The translations under genes and the position numbers were made by a program. Below the pieces are notes generated by a model. That model saw only the letters and a program-made list of their open reading frames with translations. It had not been told where the DNA came from and made no database searches. Shown one piece after another: positions 19,400-29,365 of a DNA stretch of 64,000 nt. Within the stretch, counting starts at the first letter, position 1, and each line of letters opens with the position of its first letter. This DNA is from Desulfurococcaceae archaeon (GTDB lineage: Archaea > Thermoproteota > Thermoprotei_A > Sulfolobales > Desulfurococcaceae), in assembly GCA_038824035.1 (NCBI GenBank), contig JAWBBW010000002.1:64001-128000 (forward strand), in the 5' to 3' direction.

Positions 19400-21619
19400 G
19401 TGGTAAAAATGGTGAGATATAAACAGACATCCGAAGTATTAAAAATAATGAAAAACATTGATCAAATCAGAAATATTGGTATCACAGCACATGTAGATCA
19501 CGGTAAGACGACGTTATCAGATTCGTTGTTAAGTGCCGCTGGATTGCTTTCCGAAAAACTAGCTGGACAAGCGTTAGCCCTTGATTACCTTGACGTTGAA
19601 CAAAAAAGACAGATGACAGTAAAAGCTGCCAATGTAAGTCTATACCACGAATATAGAGGAAAGCCATATGTCGTGAACTTGATAGACACACCGGGACACG
19701 TTGATTTCCAATCCAAAACTATACGTGCACTTAGGGTCATAGATGGAGCAATTGTAGTAGTAGATGCAGTAGAGGGGGTTATGACTCAGACCGAAATGTA
19801 TTTGCGTGTAGCATTAGAGGAGAGAGTGAGACCAGTTTTATTTATCAACAAGATCGATAGGTTAATAAGAGAGTTGAGATTATCCCCCAATGAAATTCAA
19901 CAAAGACTTGTACAGATAGTAAAGGACATAAATACGCTAATTTACAATTATGCTGACAAAGAGTTTCAAAAAGATTGGCTACTCGATCCTATGAAGGGGC
20001 AAGTTGCTTTTGGATCGGCAAGAGATAGATGGGGTTTAACAATTCCACAGGTTCAGCAAAAGGGGATCAAATTCTCGGACATAATAGACGTATATAACAA
20101 AGGGAGAGAACATGTCGTCGAACTACAGAAGATCGCGCCACTCCATGAAGCTATATTAGATATGGTTGTAAAACACATACCGAATCCGCGGGAGGCGCAG
20201 AAATACAGAATACCCAAGATCTGGCATGGAGATCCAAACAGCGAATTAGCGAAGTACATGATGGAGGCCGATCCAAACGGTCCTTTGATAATGTTGATCA
20301 ATGATATAAGAGTTGATCCTCATGCCGGCATAGTAGCCACAGGGCGTATATATTCCGGCACAGCTAAATCAGGAGAAGAAGTGTGGCTTGTCAACGCCAA
20401 AACAGCTCAAAAGATATTGCAAGTAAGTCTATATATGGGCCCATATAGAGAACTTGCAGATGAAATAACTGCTGGAAATATTGCCGCCTTATTAGGCGTA
20501 GATAAAGCCAGGTCTGGCGAAACACTGGTGTCCACGATGCATAAGGACTCTATGATACCCTTCGAAAGGTTACGAATGATCACAGAATCGGTGGTAACGG
20601 TTGCAATTGAACCTAAGAATCCCCAACAACTTACAAAGCTGGTGGATGCACTGTATAAATTACACCTAGAAGATCCAAGCTTGATAATCAAGATAAATGA
20701 GGAAACCGGGGAATATTTATTAAGCGGTGTTGGAACCCTACACATCGAAATAGCTTTAACATTGTTAAAAGATCTTTACAACCTAGAAGTCGTGGCCACA
20801 CCCCCTGTGATCGTATATAGAGAAACTATCAGGGACCAGAGCAAGATCTTTGAAGGCAAATCGCCAAATAAGCATAACAGGTTTTATATAAGTGTCTCAC
20901 CACTGGATGAGGTCACTATAAGACTAATCCAGGACGGTATTATAACAGAAGACATGGATCCACGAGAACGCGCCAAGATCCTCAGAGAGCAGGCCGGCTG
21001 GGATAGCGATGTAGCTAGGAGAATTATGGCAATAGATGAAAACATCAACGTATTAATAGATATGACAACCGGTGTTCAGTATCTAAGAGAAGTGAGAGAT
21101 ACTATAATACAGGGATTTAGGCTTGCAATGAGAGAGGGTCCACTAGCTCATGAACCAGTAAGAGGTGTCAAGGTGATACTCCATGACGCCATAATTCACG
21201 AAGATCCAGCTCACCGAGGTCCAGCACAAATATATCCTGCCGTAAGAAACGCTATATTTGCTGGCATATTGACCTCGAGGCCTACATTGCTGGAGCCAAT
21301 ATTAAAACTGGACATAAGAACTCCAATGGAATATATAGGGAACATCTCCACTATAATAACCAAGAAACGTGGAAAAATGATAGAAGTTGTACAAACAGGT
21401 AACTTAGCAAGAATTGTGGCTGAAATACCAGTTGCAGAGTCGTTCGACTTGGCCGATATGATCAGGAATGCCACAGCTGGTAAAGCTATATGGGGCCAGG
21501 ATTTCAGTAGGTGGGCACCTATTCCTGACACGCTATTAACGGACTTGATATCGAAGATACGAACAAGGAAGGGATTAAAACCAGAAGCGCCTAGGCCAGA
21601 AGATTTCATTAGCCTATAA
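19400..21619 (+). CDS. fusA: Translation elongation factor 2
   Basis: [21 protein letters not shown]; diphthamide loop HEDPAHRG. Confidence 0.98.
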   Translation: MVKMVRYKQTSEVLKIMKNIDQIRNIGITAHVDHGKTTLSDSLLSAAGLLSEKLAGQALALDYLDVEQKRQMTVKAANVSLYHEYRGKPYVVNLIDTPGHVDFQSKTIRALRVIDGAIVVVDAVEGVMTQTEMYLRVALEERVRPVLFINKIDRLIRELRLSPNEIQQRLVQIVKDINTLIYNYADKEFQKDWLLDPMKGQVAFGSARDRWGLTIPQVQQKGIKFSDIIDVYNKGREHVVELQKIAPLHEAILDMVVKHIPNPREAQKYRIPKIWHGDPNSELAKYMMEADPNGPLIMLINDIRVDPHAGIVATGRIYSGTAKSGEEVWLVNAKTAQKILQVSLYMGPYRELADEITAGNIAALLGVDKARSGETLVSTMHKDSMIPFERLRMITESVVTVAIEPKNPQQLTKLVDALYKLHLEDPSLIIKINEETGEYLLSGVGTLHIEIALTLLKDLYNLEVVATPPVIVYRETIRDQSKIFEGKSPNKHNRFYISVSPLDEVTIRLIQDGIITEDMDPRERAKILREQAGWDSDVARRIMAIDENINVLIDMTTGVQYLREVRDTIIQGFRLAMREGPLAHEPVRGVKVILHDAIIHEDPAHRGPAQIYPAVRNAIFAGILTSRPTLLEPILKLDIRTPMEYIGNISTIITKKRGKMIEVVQTGNLARIVAEIPVAESFDLADMIRNATAGKAIWGQDFSRWAPIPDTLLTDLISKIRTRKGLKPEAPRPEDFISL

Positions 21620-21621
21620 CA

Positions 21622-21822
21622 CTAATTGATCAACAATTGGTATGTATTTTTACTCCACCGTGTAGCTAATCCTTTTTCCACCATCTTTGAAAGTATTTTG
21701 CCAGCGCTTTTAGTAGAAATAGAGAGGTCTCTCGCTAGATCATCTATTTTAATAAAGACCTTGCCACTCAGTATGAGTTTTCTATGTAGCGCGTATACAT
21801 CAAGTGCTACATGAACTTTCAA
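21622..21822 (-). CDS. Small winged-helix protein
   Basis: DDLARDLSISTKSAGKILSKMVEKGL HTH followed by wing strands. Confidence 0.65.
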   Translation of the reverse strand: MKVHVALDVYALHRKLILSGKVFIKIDDLARDLSISTKSAGKILSKMVEKGLATRWSKNTYQLLIN

Positions 21823-21905
21823 TTCAATCCCCTTGTACTAATGCCTAATGTTTTATAACAAAGTGCTCGCCGAAAGTGATGACAAAGATCTAGGAATGGT
21901 TACAA

Positions 21906-22006
21906 CGCCGGGGCGGGGATTCGAACCCCGGACCACCGGGTCTCTGCCAGGCTGGACTTTTGATTGGTTAACAGCCCGGCGCTCTTCCAGGCTGAGCTAC
22001 CCCGGC
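21906..22006 (-). tRNA. tRNA-Asn(GTT) with 27-nt intron at 37/38 (intron 21942-21968)
   Basis: Reverse complement folds into a cloverleaf; anticodon arm CCGGG-CTGTTA[intron]A-CCCGG; central helix CTGT/GCAG of a relaxed BHB; mature length 74 nt. Confidence 0.95.
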
Positions 22007-22087
22007 TTCAATATTTTTTATATTTCAAGGGGTTTTAAGTTAAAATACTTCTAATATCTGCTTGAATTAAAAGTGAATTAAAAAGGA

Positions 22088-23365
22088 CTAGCTCTCAATA
22101 CGCAAGACATCGCCATTTCTTGGTGTATAGATGTTTATATCTTCATTAAGTTCTGTCTTTATATAATTTTCCAATGCATACACGTCTTCGGGGCTTCCAT
22201 GTATTAATACTATATTCTTAAGTGAGTGTTTACATTTTTTCACCAAGTTGATTAATCCAGAACATCCCGCATGGCTTGAGAAATCCAGCCATTCTAATCT
22301 AGCATTGATGCCTTTAATGCTCTGATCTCTTAATACACCATCCTCGAGTATTTTATGACCATTACTGTTCGGTGCCTGATAACTAACCAAGATCACCGTA
22401 TTCTTGGGATTGGCATATATCTTCTTCAAGTAATAAAGACTGGGGCCACCTTTTAACATTCCAGCCGAAGCTATGATCACGCATGGTTTTTTAATTATTT
22501 TTTTACGCATATTTGTGTCGGTCACAAAATTTATATTTTCAGCAATCTTGGAGAATAGTGTGGGATCTCTCAGGAACATCTTATATTTCAAGTATATCTC
22601 TGTGATATCTCTACTCATCCCATCAATATATATGTCGATGTAAGGTGCCTGATGATATATCAATGCCGCTATTTCTTGACTTCTACCAACACTAAAAGCT
22701 GGTATTAGTACCACTCCTCCTTTATCTATGGTTTCCTCCACTATTTCAATAAGCTTTTTCTCAACTATATGACGAGGTGGATGGTTTCTAGAACCATATG
22801 TTGATTCCATTATAAAGGTGGTAACATCTGAGGGCGGGGTTTCTGCTGCTGGGAGAGTTAAAGTATCTATATCATTGAAATCCCCTGTATAAAGTATTTT
22901 TTCACCACTTGGCATCTCAATGTATGTCATCGCACTACCCAATATATGGCCCGCATTTAGGAATCGCAATTTGATACCATTCTCCTCGTAAGCTTTCCCA
23001 TACTCCATAAACACGGTATTTAGATACATATTTTCAAAATCACGCATTTCATATTCAATGACGGCTGCATTCAACCTCAAAAAATCTATGATCAAAAGCC
23101 TAGCCAGATCCATCGTTGGCTTGGTCGCATATACTGGTATTTTGCCAGTTATGAATAAATACGGTGCTGCCCCTATATGGTCTAGGTGAGCGTGCGAAAC
23201 CACCAGTGCAGAGACATCCACTGGCCTCACATGGAGAGGTAATTGTGGGTTATCGTTTATATCGAAATTAACTCCATAATCCAATAGAATTCGCATACCC
23301 CGATCTTTTACTAGGAAAGCCGACCTACCTACTTCTAATCCGCCACCCAAAACATTGATCTCCAA
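22088..23365 (-). CDS. Metallo-beta-lactamase/beta-CASP ribonuclease (aCPSF2-like)
   Basis: SHAHLDH, AGHILGS, YTGD, ESTYG, FSSHA; no N-terminal KH domains. Confidence 0.9.
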   Translation of the reverse strand: MEINVLGGGLEVGRSAFLVKDRGMRILLDYGVNFDINDNPQLPLHVRPVDVSALVVSHAHLDHIGAAPYLFITGKIPVYATKPTMDLARLLIIDFLRLNAAVIEYEMRDFENMYLNTVFMEYGKAYEENGIKLRFLNAGHILGSAMTYIEMPSGEKILYTGDFNDIDTLTLPAAETPPSDVTTFIMESTYGSRNHPPRHIVEKKLIEIVEETIDKGGVVLIPAFSVGRSQEIAALIYHQAPYIDIYIDGMSRDITEIYLKYKMFLRDPTLFSKIAENINFVTDTNMRKKIIKKPCVIIASAGMLKGGPSLYYLKKIYANPKNTVILVSYQAPNSNGHKILEDGVLRDQSIKGINARLEWLDFSSHAGCSGLINLVKKCKHSLKNIVLIHGSPEDVYALENYIKTELNEDINIYTPRNGDVLRIES

Positions 23366-23499
23366 TTATATCACCAGGTTAAGAATTCACAACATTCTTA
23401 TGGCCATTGATACATTATTATGCCAGATATATGGTATCAGCATCTTTGTTTAAAAATATGGCAAAAACTAAAATAATAGTGACTGCTGGTGTATTTCCT

Positions 23500-23850
23500 A
23501 TGCTACCTTTAAATCCACGGGAATTGAAAAAAATTCTGAAGAGGTATGGAATAGAGCTGGAAGAACTCACTGATGTTGAAAAGGTGGAGATATATACAAG
23601 GGGCAAGAAAATAGTGTTAAATGAGCCACAAGTATTGGTTTACAAGATGTCGGGCCAAATGTTTTTCCAAATCTCTAGTAGTAATGTAAATGAAGAGAAT
23701 ATCCAGACACCTAGTGTAGATATTAATGAAGATGACATAAGATTTGTGATGGAACAAACAGGTGCATCATTTGAAGAGGCTAAAAAGGCTTTAATAGATG
23801 CAAAAGGGGATATTCTACAAGCCATAATGAGCCTCAGGAACAAAGGGTAG
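23500..23850 (+). CDS. nac: Nascent polypeptide-associated complex protein
   Basis: NPRELKKILKRYG NAC domain plus C-terminal UBA (GDILQAIM); start set at ATG 23500 after GGTG RBS. Confidence 0.92.
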   Translation: MLPLNPRELKKILKRYGIELEELTDVEKVEIYTRGKKIVLNEPQVLVYKMSGQMFFQISSSNVNEENIQTPSVDINEDDIRFVMEQTGASFEEAKKALIDAKGDILQAIMSLRNKG

Positions 23851-23856
23851 ATATGG

Positions 23857-26445
23857 TTGAAGGCTTCATATCCCGATATGCCTTTTAACCGTGAATATGT
23901 GAGAATCATTGAATCTTCTCATTTTCTTTTAGGGGCATATTATGACGGTAGACTTGGAAAAGCCATACTCCAATTCGTGAGCGAAGACGGGAAAAAATTT
24001 ATCAGAATACCAGATCCCCTTAACCACATGCCATATTTTCTCACAGATGAAAACCCAGAAGCCCTGAAAGAAAAGGGCATATGTAATGATAAGGCTTTTC
24101 ATGGAATAGAAGAAGTTGTTAAAACAAATCCATTAACGATGGAGAAAATAAGACTCACTAAAATAATAGTTAAAGATCCATTAGCTGTAAGAAAACTGAG
24201 GAGTAAAGTAACAAACGCGTGGGAAGCCAAGATAAAATACCATGCAAACTATATTTACGATCTCGGCCTTATACCTGGAATGCGATACATTGTGAAAAAA
24301 GAAAATGGTTCGATCAAGATAATCCGGGTAAAACCAGAAGTGCCAGGATCTCTAATTGAAAAAATCCATGAGATATTCAACAATGAGCCCTTGGAAACAA
24401 GGCAACTCGCCGAGGAGTTCTTATTGATCTTCGAGGAAATGCCACCACGAGTAAACCGTATAGCAATAGATATCGAAGTATATACCCCCTTCAAAGGTAG
24501 AGTACCTAATCCCAAATTAGCTGAATACCCCGTTATCAGTATAGCCTTTTCCAGTAATGATAACTTTAGAAAAGTACTACTACTTGCCAGGCCATTCAAA
24601 CAAAGATTCCTTTATATGATGGAGGACTTAAAGGATTACCCCATTGAAGCTGAGGTTGAAATATTTGACTCGGAGAAAACAATGTTAATGGAAGCCATAC
24701 GCATTATGTCAACATATCCAGTAGTAGTTACGTATAATGGAGATAAATTCGACTTAGTATACATATACACAAGGGCTCTTAAGCTCGGAATCCCGAGAAC
24801 ATTCTTACCCATCAGAATAGGAGAGGACATTGTTAGGTTGGAGACCGGCATCCACTTGGACTTGTACAAGTTTTTCTCAAATCGTGCCGTAAAGAATTAT
24901 GCATTCGGTGGTAAATACCAAGAAGAGAAACTAGAATCCGTATCTTCGGCATTACTAGGTATTTCCAAAGTAGGTTTCGAAGAAACTATTGGCGAGATAT
25001 CAGCGTCTCTACTGATCGCTTACAATATCAGAGATGCAGATATAACTATTAAATTAACTACTTTCAACAACGAATTGGTATGGAAATTAATGATACTGCT
25101 TGCACGCATTTCTAAAACTAGTATTGAAGATATATGTAGGCGCCAGATCTCTAATTGGATACAAAACATGTTTTTCTGGGAACATAGAAAACTGGGGTAT
25201 TTAATACCTAATAAGGAGGATATACTGAGAATTGTTAAATCAGTTGCAACTAAAGCAATTATCGAGGGTAAAAAATACGCAGGTGCATTAGTTATAGAGC
25301 CCCCTAAGGGCGTGTTTTTCAATGTCATGGTTCTCGATATAGCATCCCTATATCCAAGCATAATGAAAAAGTTCAATCTGAGCTATGAAACAGTAGATAC
25401 GTCTTGGTGTAAAAACAAGACAACTATTGTAGATGAAACAGGTAGAGCCCTGCATTATGTATGCAAGGACAAGCCAGGACTCACAGCACAGATCATAGGT
25501 ATTCTAAGAGATTTTCGCGTTGAGATTTACAAGAAACGGGCCAAAGACAAGTCACTACCTCTGGATATATTGGCTTGGTATGACGTTGTTCAACGAGCTA
25601 TTAAGGTATTTATAAATGCCAGTTACGGGGTTTTTGGGGATGAAAAATTCCACCTATATTCACCTGCTGTAGCAGAAAGTGTCACGGCATTAGGAAGACG
25701 TTCATTGATGACAATAGTCCTCAAAGCAACTGAGATAGGAATAAAGACACTATATGGAGATACAGATTCCATATTTATATGGTCACCTATTAAAGACCAG
25801 CTTGAAACACTTCAAAAATGGATACAGCAAAATCTCGGATTAGATATAGAGGTTGATAAGAAATTTAGATTCGTTATTTTCACGGGGTTAAAGAAGAATT
25901 ATTTAGGGAAAACAGAGGAGGGAGATATCGATATTAAAGGCTTAATAGCCAAGAAGAGAAATACACCAGAGTTCTTGAAGGAATTATTTCAAGAAATGCT
26001 AAGTAACATAAAGAAGATTGAGACCCCAAGTGATTTTACAAGGTTCATAACATGGTTAGAAAGTACCATTAAAAATTATTACAATGGACTTAAACAAAAG
26101 GAGATAACCTTGGATAAATTGGCGATAAGAATAGCGTTAACCAAAGACCCTGTTTCGTATACTAAGTCTAAACCTCCCCATGTGAGAGCGGCTCTTCATC
26201 TGAGATCGTATGGTGTGGATATACAAGAGGGCGATATTATTACCATAGTCAAGGTCAAAGGCGGTGAAGGATATAAGGCCATTCAGTTAGCTAGACAACA
26301 CGAAATAGACCCAGAAAAATACATAGAGCTCATAAGGACTAGTCTTGAGCAATTGCTTTCAGCTTTCAACATTAAGTGGGACGACATAGTAATGGCTAGT
26401 AATAGTGGTCTACGAGGCTTATTGAAAATTTCTCGTTCCTCTTGA
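23857..26445 (+). CDS. Family B DNA polymerase, PolB1 type
   Basis: DIEV exonuclease motif, YNGDKFD, DIASLYPS, KVFINASYG, YGDTDS, KKNY; B1-type N-terminus. Confidence 0.95.
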   Translation: MKASYPDMPFNREYVRIIESSHFLLGAYYDGRLGKAILQFVSEDGKKFIRIPDPLNHMPYFLTDENPEALKEKGICNDKAFHGIEEVVKTNPLTMEKIRLTKIIVKDPLAVRKLRSKVTNAWEAKIKYHANYIYDLGLIPGMRYIVKKENGSIKIIRVKPEVPGSLIEKIHEIFNNEPLETRQLAEEFLLIFEEMPPRVNRIAIDIEVYTPFKGRVPNPKLAEYPVISIAFSSNDNFRKVLLLARPFKQRFLYMMEDLKDYPIEAEVEIFDSEKTMLMEAIRIMSTYPVVVTYNGDKFDLVYIYTRALKLGIPRTFLPIRIGEDIVRLETGIHLDLYKFFSNRAVKNYAFGGKYQEEKLESVSSALLGISKVGFEETIGEISASLLIAYNIRDADITIKLTTFNNELVWKLMILLARISKTSIEDICRRQISNWIQNMFFWEHRKLGYLIPNKEDILRIVKSVATKAIIEGKKYAGALVIEPPKGVFFNVMVLDIASLYPSIMKKFNLSYETVDTSWCKNKTTIVDETGRALHYVCKDKPGLTAQIIGILRDFRVEIYKKRAKDKSLPLDILAWYDVVQRAIKVFINASYGVFGDEKFHLYSPAVAESVTALGRRSLMTIVLKATEIGIKTLYGDTDSIFIWSPIKDQLETLQKWIQQNLGLDIEVDKKFRFVIFTGLKKNYLGKTEEGDIDIKGLIAKKRNTPEFLKELFQEMLSNIKKIETPSDFTRFITWLESTIKNYYNGLKQKEITLDKLAIRIALTKDPVSYTKSKPPHVRAALHLRSYGVDIQEGDIITIVKVKGGEGYKAIQLARQHEIDPEKYIELIRTSLEQLLSAFNIKWDDIVMASNSGLRGLLKISRSS

Positions 26446-26526
26446 TCCAAATACTGATAATACAATGATTCTAACAAAAGATATAATCCTTGTTTCATAT
26501 AAAAGACCTGTTGAGGTGGCTTCGAC

Positions 26527-26814
26527 ATGCCTAAGAAGAGAGAAAGCAGAGGTAGGCGAAAAGGTGATAAGGGTAAAACTGGGAACATGCAGTGTGATAA
26601 TTGTGGCGCGTTAATTCCAGCTGATAAAGCTATATGCGTCACGAAAATGTATAGCCCCATCCCCCCTGGATTGGCAGAGGAATTGGAGAAAAAGGGAGCA
26701 ATAATAATGAAATACCCAATGAAGAAATGCTATTGCATATCATGCGCAATTCATTTTGGCATAATAAAGGTAAGACCCGAGGAAGAAAGGAAACCGAAAC
26801 CTATGCCCATATAG
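26527..26814 (+). CDS. rps26e: 30S ribosomal protein S26e
   Basis: MPKKRESRGR, CDNCG, YCISCAIH. Confidence 0.96.
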   Translation: MPKKRESRGRRKGDKGKTGNMQCDNCGALIPADKAICVTKMYSPIPPGLAEELEKKGAIIMKYPMKKCYCISCAIHFGIIKVRPEEERKPKPMPI

Positions 26815-26870
26815 AAATAATAACGTTTTTAAATCACGCTATATTTCAGAACACATTGATAGGTGATATT

Positions 26871-27194
26871 ATGAGCAGAGTTGTAAAAGTAGTGGTTGTA
26901 ACGGCAGATCATCATCCCTATCATAAGTTATGGCTAGAACTGGCGAAAAGGCTCGGCGAGAAAGTAAATACGCCAGTTGAAGTGAAAATGGAGGACTATG
27001 TATACCTAGTGGAACATGGTGATAAAGATGAGTTTGGCATGACATGGCTTCCTCAAATATTAGTGGAAACAGATGATGGCAAAGTATACTGGTTGTTATC
27101 TCAGTTACCATTGAACGATAGATTACAGCCAGATGAGGAGAGAGCATTAGAGATTATGATAAACAAACTGAAAGAGCTTTCAATAGAGTTCTAG
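26871..27194 (+). CDS. Conserved crenarchaeal hypothetical protein, thioredoxin-like fold without CxxC
   Basis: AGGTGA RBS before ATG 26871; DEFGMTWLPQILV. Confidence 0.6.
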   Translation: MSRVVKVVVVTADHHPYHKLWLELAKRLGEKVNTPVEVKMEDYVYLVEHGDKDEFGMTWLPQILVETDDGKVYWLLSQLPLNDRLQPDEERALEIMINKLKELSIEF

Positions 27195-27266
27195 TCCAAA
27201 ATTTCTTTTAAGACCTTATCTGATTTTTATTAACTGAGAATCAATGTTAAGCCCTGGAGTGGTATC

Positions 27267-27746
27267 ATGGTGATCGTTCCCTACGTTCCTACACCATACC
27301 CAGTTGTAAGGGCAATGCTGAAACTAGCTAGTGCTAATCAAGAAGACATAGTATATGACCTTGGGTGCGGGGATGGCCGCATTCTCTTAATAGCTGTCAA
27401 GGAATTCAATGTCAAAAAAGCCATTGGTGTGGAAAAAGATTATGAAAGATTCAAGTACACATTAAATAGGGTTAGGGAAGAGAAACTGGAGGACAGAATT
27501 GAAGTAATACATGGAGATTTCTTCGACATAGACTTAACCAATGCTACTGTAGTAACGTTGTTCCTGCTGACATCAGTCAATGAAATGTTAAGGCCGAAAT
27601 TTGAAAAAGAACTAAAGGAAGGTGTCAGAATTGTAAGCCATGAATTCAGAATCCCTGGTTGGAAACCAGAGAAAGTGATAGAAGTTAAAGATGAAAATGG
27701 ATTAACCCATACTGTTTATTTATATGTGAAAGGGCGTCACTTATAG
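27267..27746 (+). CDS. SAM-dependent protein lysine methyltransferase (aKMT-like)
   Basis: VPYVPTP, YDLGCGDGR, RIVSHEF closely resemble Sulfolobus aKMT. Confidence 0.85.
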   Translation: MVIVPYVPTPYPVVRAMLKLASANQEDIVYDLGCGDGRILLIAVKEFNVKKAIGVEKDYERFKYTLNRVREEKLEDRIEVIHGDFFDIDLTNATVVTLFLLTSVNEMLRPKFEKELKEGVRIVSHEFRIPGWKPEKVIEVKDENGLTHTVYLYVKGRHL

Positions 27747-28510
27747 ATTTTCCTAGCAAAAATAATATAACCTGTGTGTCCAATCATTTTTGTCTTTGGT
27801 TTAACAGCGTTTTCCTTAACTTCGTATTCTCTAAGCATTATTTCATATGAGTGTATATCGTGAAATAAACCACTGTTCATCAACGCCAAGACGGTTTTCT
27901 CGACTTGGTTTATCGTGGGAACATATATTATTATTGGCGAGGACTCTTTCAAAACATTGCCCACACTTACAAGGGCATTCCAGGGATCCGGTATATCTAA
28001 AAAGAACGCATCAAGTGGTTCAATATTAAATTTCTCCCGAATATCATGTTTAATTAACCTAACTCTATGTAGTAAACCAGCCTTTTCCAAGTTCTTAGAT
28101 GTCGTTGAGAGTGCTTTTTCAGATATATCAAATCCATAGAGTACTCCATTTTCCCCTATCATGAACGCTATAGAAAGCGTCAATGCGCCGGTACCTACGC
28201 CAGCCTCTCCTACTCGAGATCCTGGCCCTATTCCAGATAGGTATATCATGAATCCCAAGTCCTTCGGATAAATAATTTGCGTAGCCCGTTCCAGCCCATG
28301 TATATAGTCATGAATTAATGGCTTGTACAAAAACACCTTATCCCCACGACTTGTCTTTACCGCGGATCCGTATGGAAGACCGATGAGGTCACCAAGTCTT
28401 ATAAATCCCTTATCAGTGCCTAGTATTTTATCTTTTTCAACCTTTACTATGAATTTCCTCTTTTCATCGATCCATACAAGCACTTGATCGCCATTTTTTA
28501 TGACCTCCAT
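27737..28510 (-). CDS. trmI: tRNA (adenine-N1) methyltransferase TrmI
   Basis: TQIIYPKD, EAGVGTG, LDIPDPW, GHTGY. Confidence 0.95.
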   Translation of the reverse strand: MEVIKNGDQVLVWIDEKRKFIVKVEKDKILGTDKGFIRLGDLIGLPYGSAVKTSRGDKVFLYKPLIHDYIHGLERATQIIYPKDLGFMIYLSGIGPGSRVGEAGVGTGALTLSIAFMIGENGVLYGFDISEKALSTTSKNLEKAGLLHRVRLIKHDIREKFNIEPLDAFFLDIPDPWNALVSVGNVLKESSPIIIYVPTINQVEKTVLALMNSGLFHDIHSYEIMLREYEVKENAVKPKTKMIGHTGYIIFARKIYK

Positions 28511-28628
28511 ATATTACAGGACCTCCTCAGACCCGGTGTCACACATCATTACTCAGAAATACCAGCTATCAGCATCACTTTATAAAACTAATAAAGAGAA
28601 TTATAAAAATCCTGCTAATGGGATTGAC

Positions 28629-29099
28629 ATGGATGTTTTCATATTCACAATAAAACCGTTTTTTGCTCATAGGATATTCACAGGTAAAAAGAAATTTGAA
28701 TTGAGGAGATACCTAGGATACGATGTAAAAACCGGAGATAGGATAATAGTGTATGTTAGCGGTAGAATTAAAGCATTTATAGGCGAATTCATTGCGGGAA
28801 GAGTGATCACGGGTTCTGCTGAATATGTGATCAAAACTGTTTCCAATATTCCTAATGCAGGCGTTTCGAACAACGATTTTAAGTACATAGCTGGTGCTAC
28901 AAGAGCTATGGCAATAGAGATTGTTGAGCCCATGTTATATGATCAATTGATTGAACTAAAACAAGTGAGAAGAATATTTCCCGATTTCATGCCGCCACCA
29001 AGCATGAAATTGATAGATCGCAACGATCCCATCTTGCTCTTATTGTTTGATAGAATGACAGCAAAGAATGTGAAAACAACAAGAGAAAAGTCTACGTGA
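28629..29099 (+). CDS. ASCH/PUA-like domain protein
   Basis: TIKPFFAHRIFTGKKKFELRR (GxKxxExR); start set at ATG 28629. Confidence 0.8.
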   Translation: MDVFIFTIKPFFAHRIFTGKKKFELRRYLGYDVKTGDRIIVYVSGRIKAFIGEFIAGRVITGSAEYVIKTVSNIPNAGVSNNDFKYIAGATRAMAIEIVEPMLYDQLIELKQVRRIFPDFMPPPSMKLIDRNDPILLLLFDRMTAKNVKTTREKST

Positions 29100-29119
29100 G
29101 TGTTGTTTATGTATTGAAG

Positions 29120-29296
29120 TTAAGTTACTAATTCTGCTTCCTTAATCCATAGCTCTTTTTTCAATAAATCCCTTACAGCAACTCGTATTACTTCGCTCCT
29201 ATTTCTATAACGTCCTATTTTAACTAATTCATCTATTCCCTCTACATACAATTCCGGCATTTTTACCGTTATAAGTCTCATTCTGGACATGGTCAT
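29120..29296 (-). CDS. Ribbon-helix-helix transcription regulator, CdrS-like (not in ORF track)
   Basis: Manual translation [58 protein letters not shown]; GGTGA RBS; upstream TTTAAA. Confidence 0.9.
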   Translation of the reverse strand: MTMSRMRLITVKMPELYVEGIDELVKIGRYRNRSEVIRVAVRDLLKKELWIKEAELVT

Positions 29297-29365
29297 CGTT
29301 ATATCACCATATAGGTTATTGTGATACTGTATTGTTTAAAAACCACATGGCATATTCAACACTTC

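Noticed and set aside
21848-22054. 68-aa plus-strand ORF
   Set aside because: Antisense shadow of tRNA-Asn
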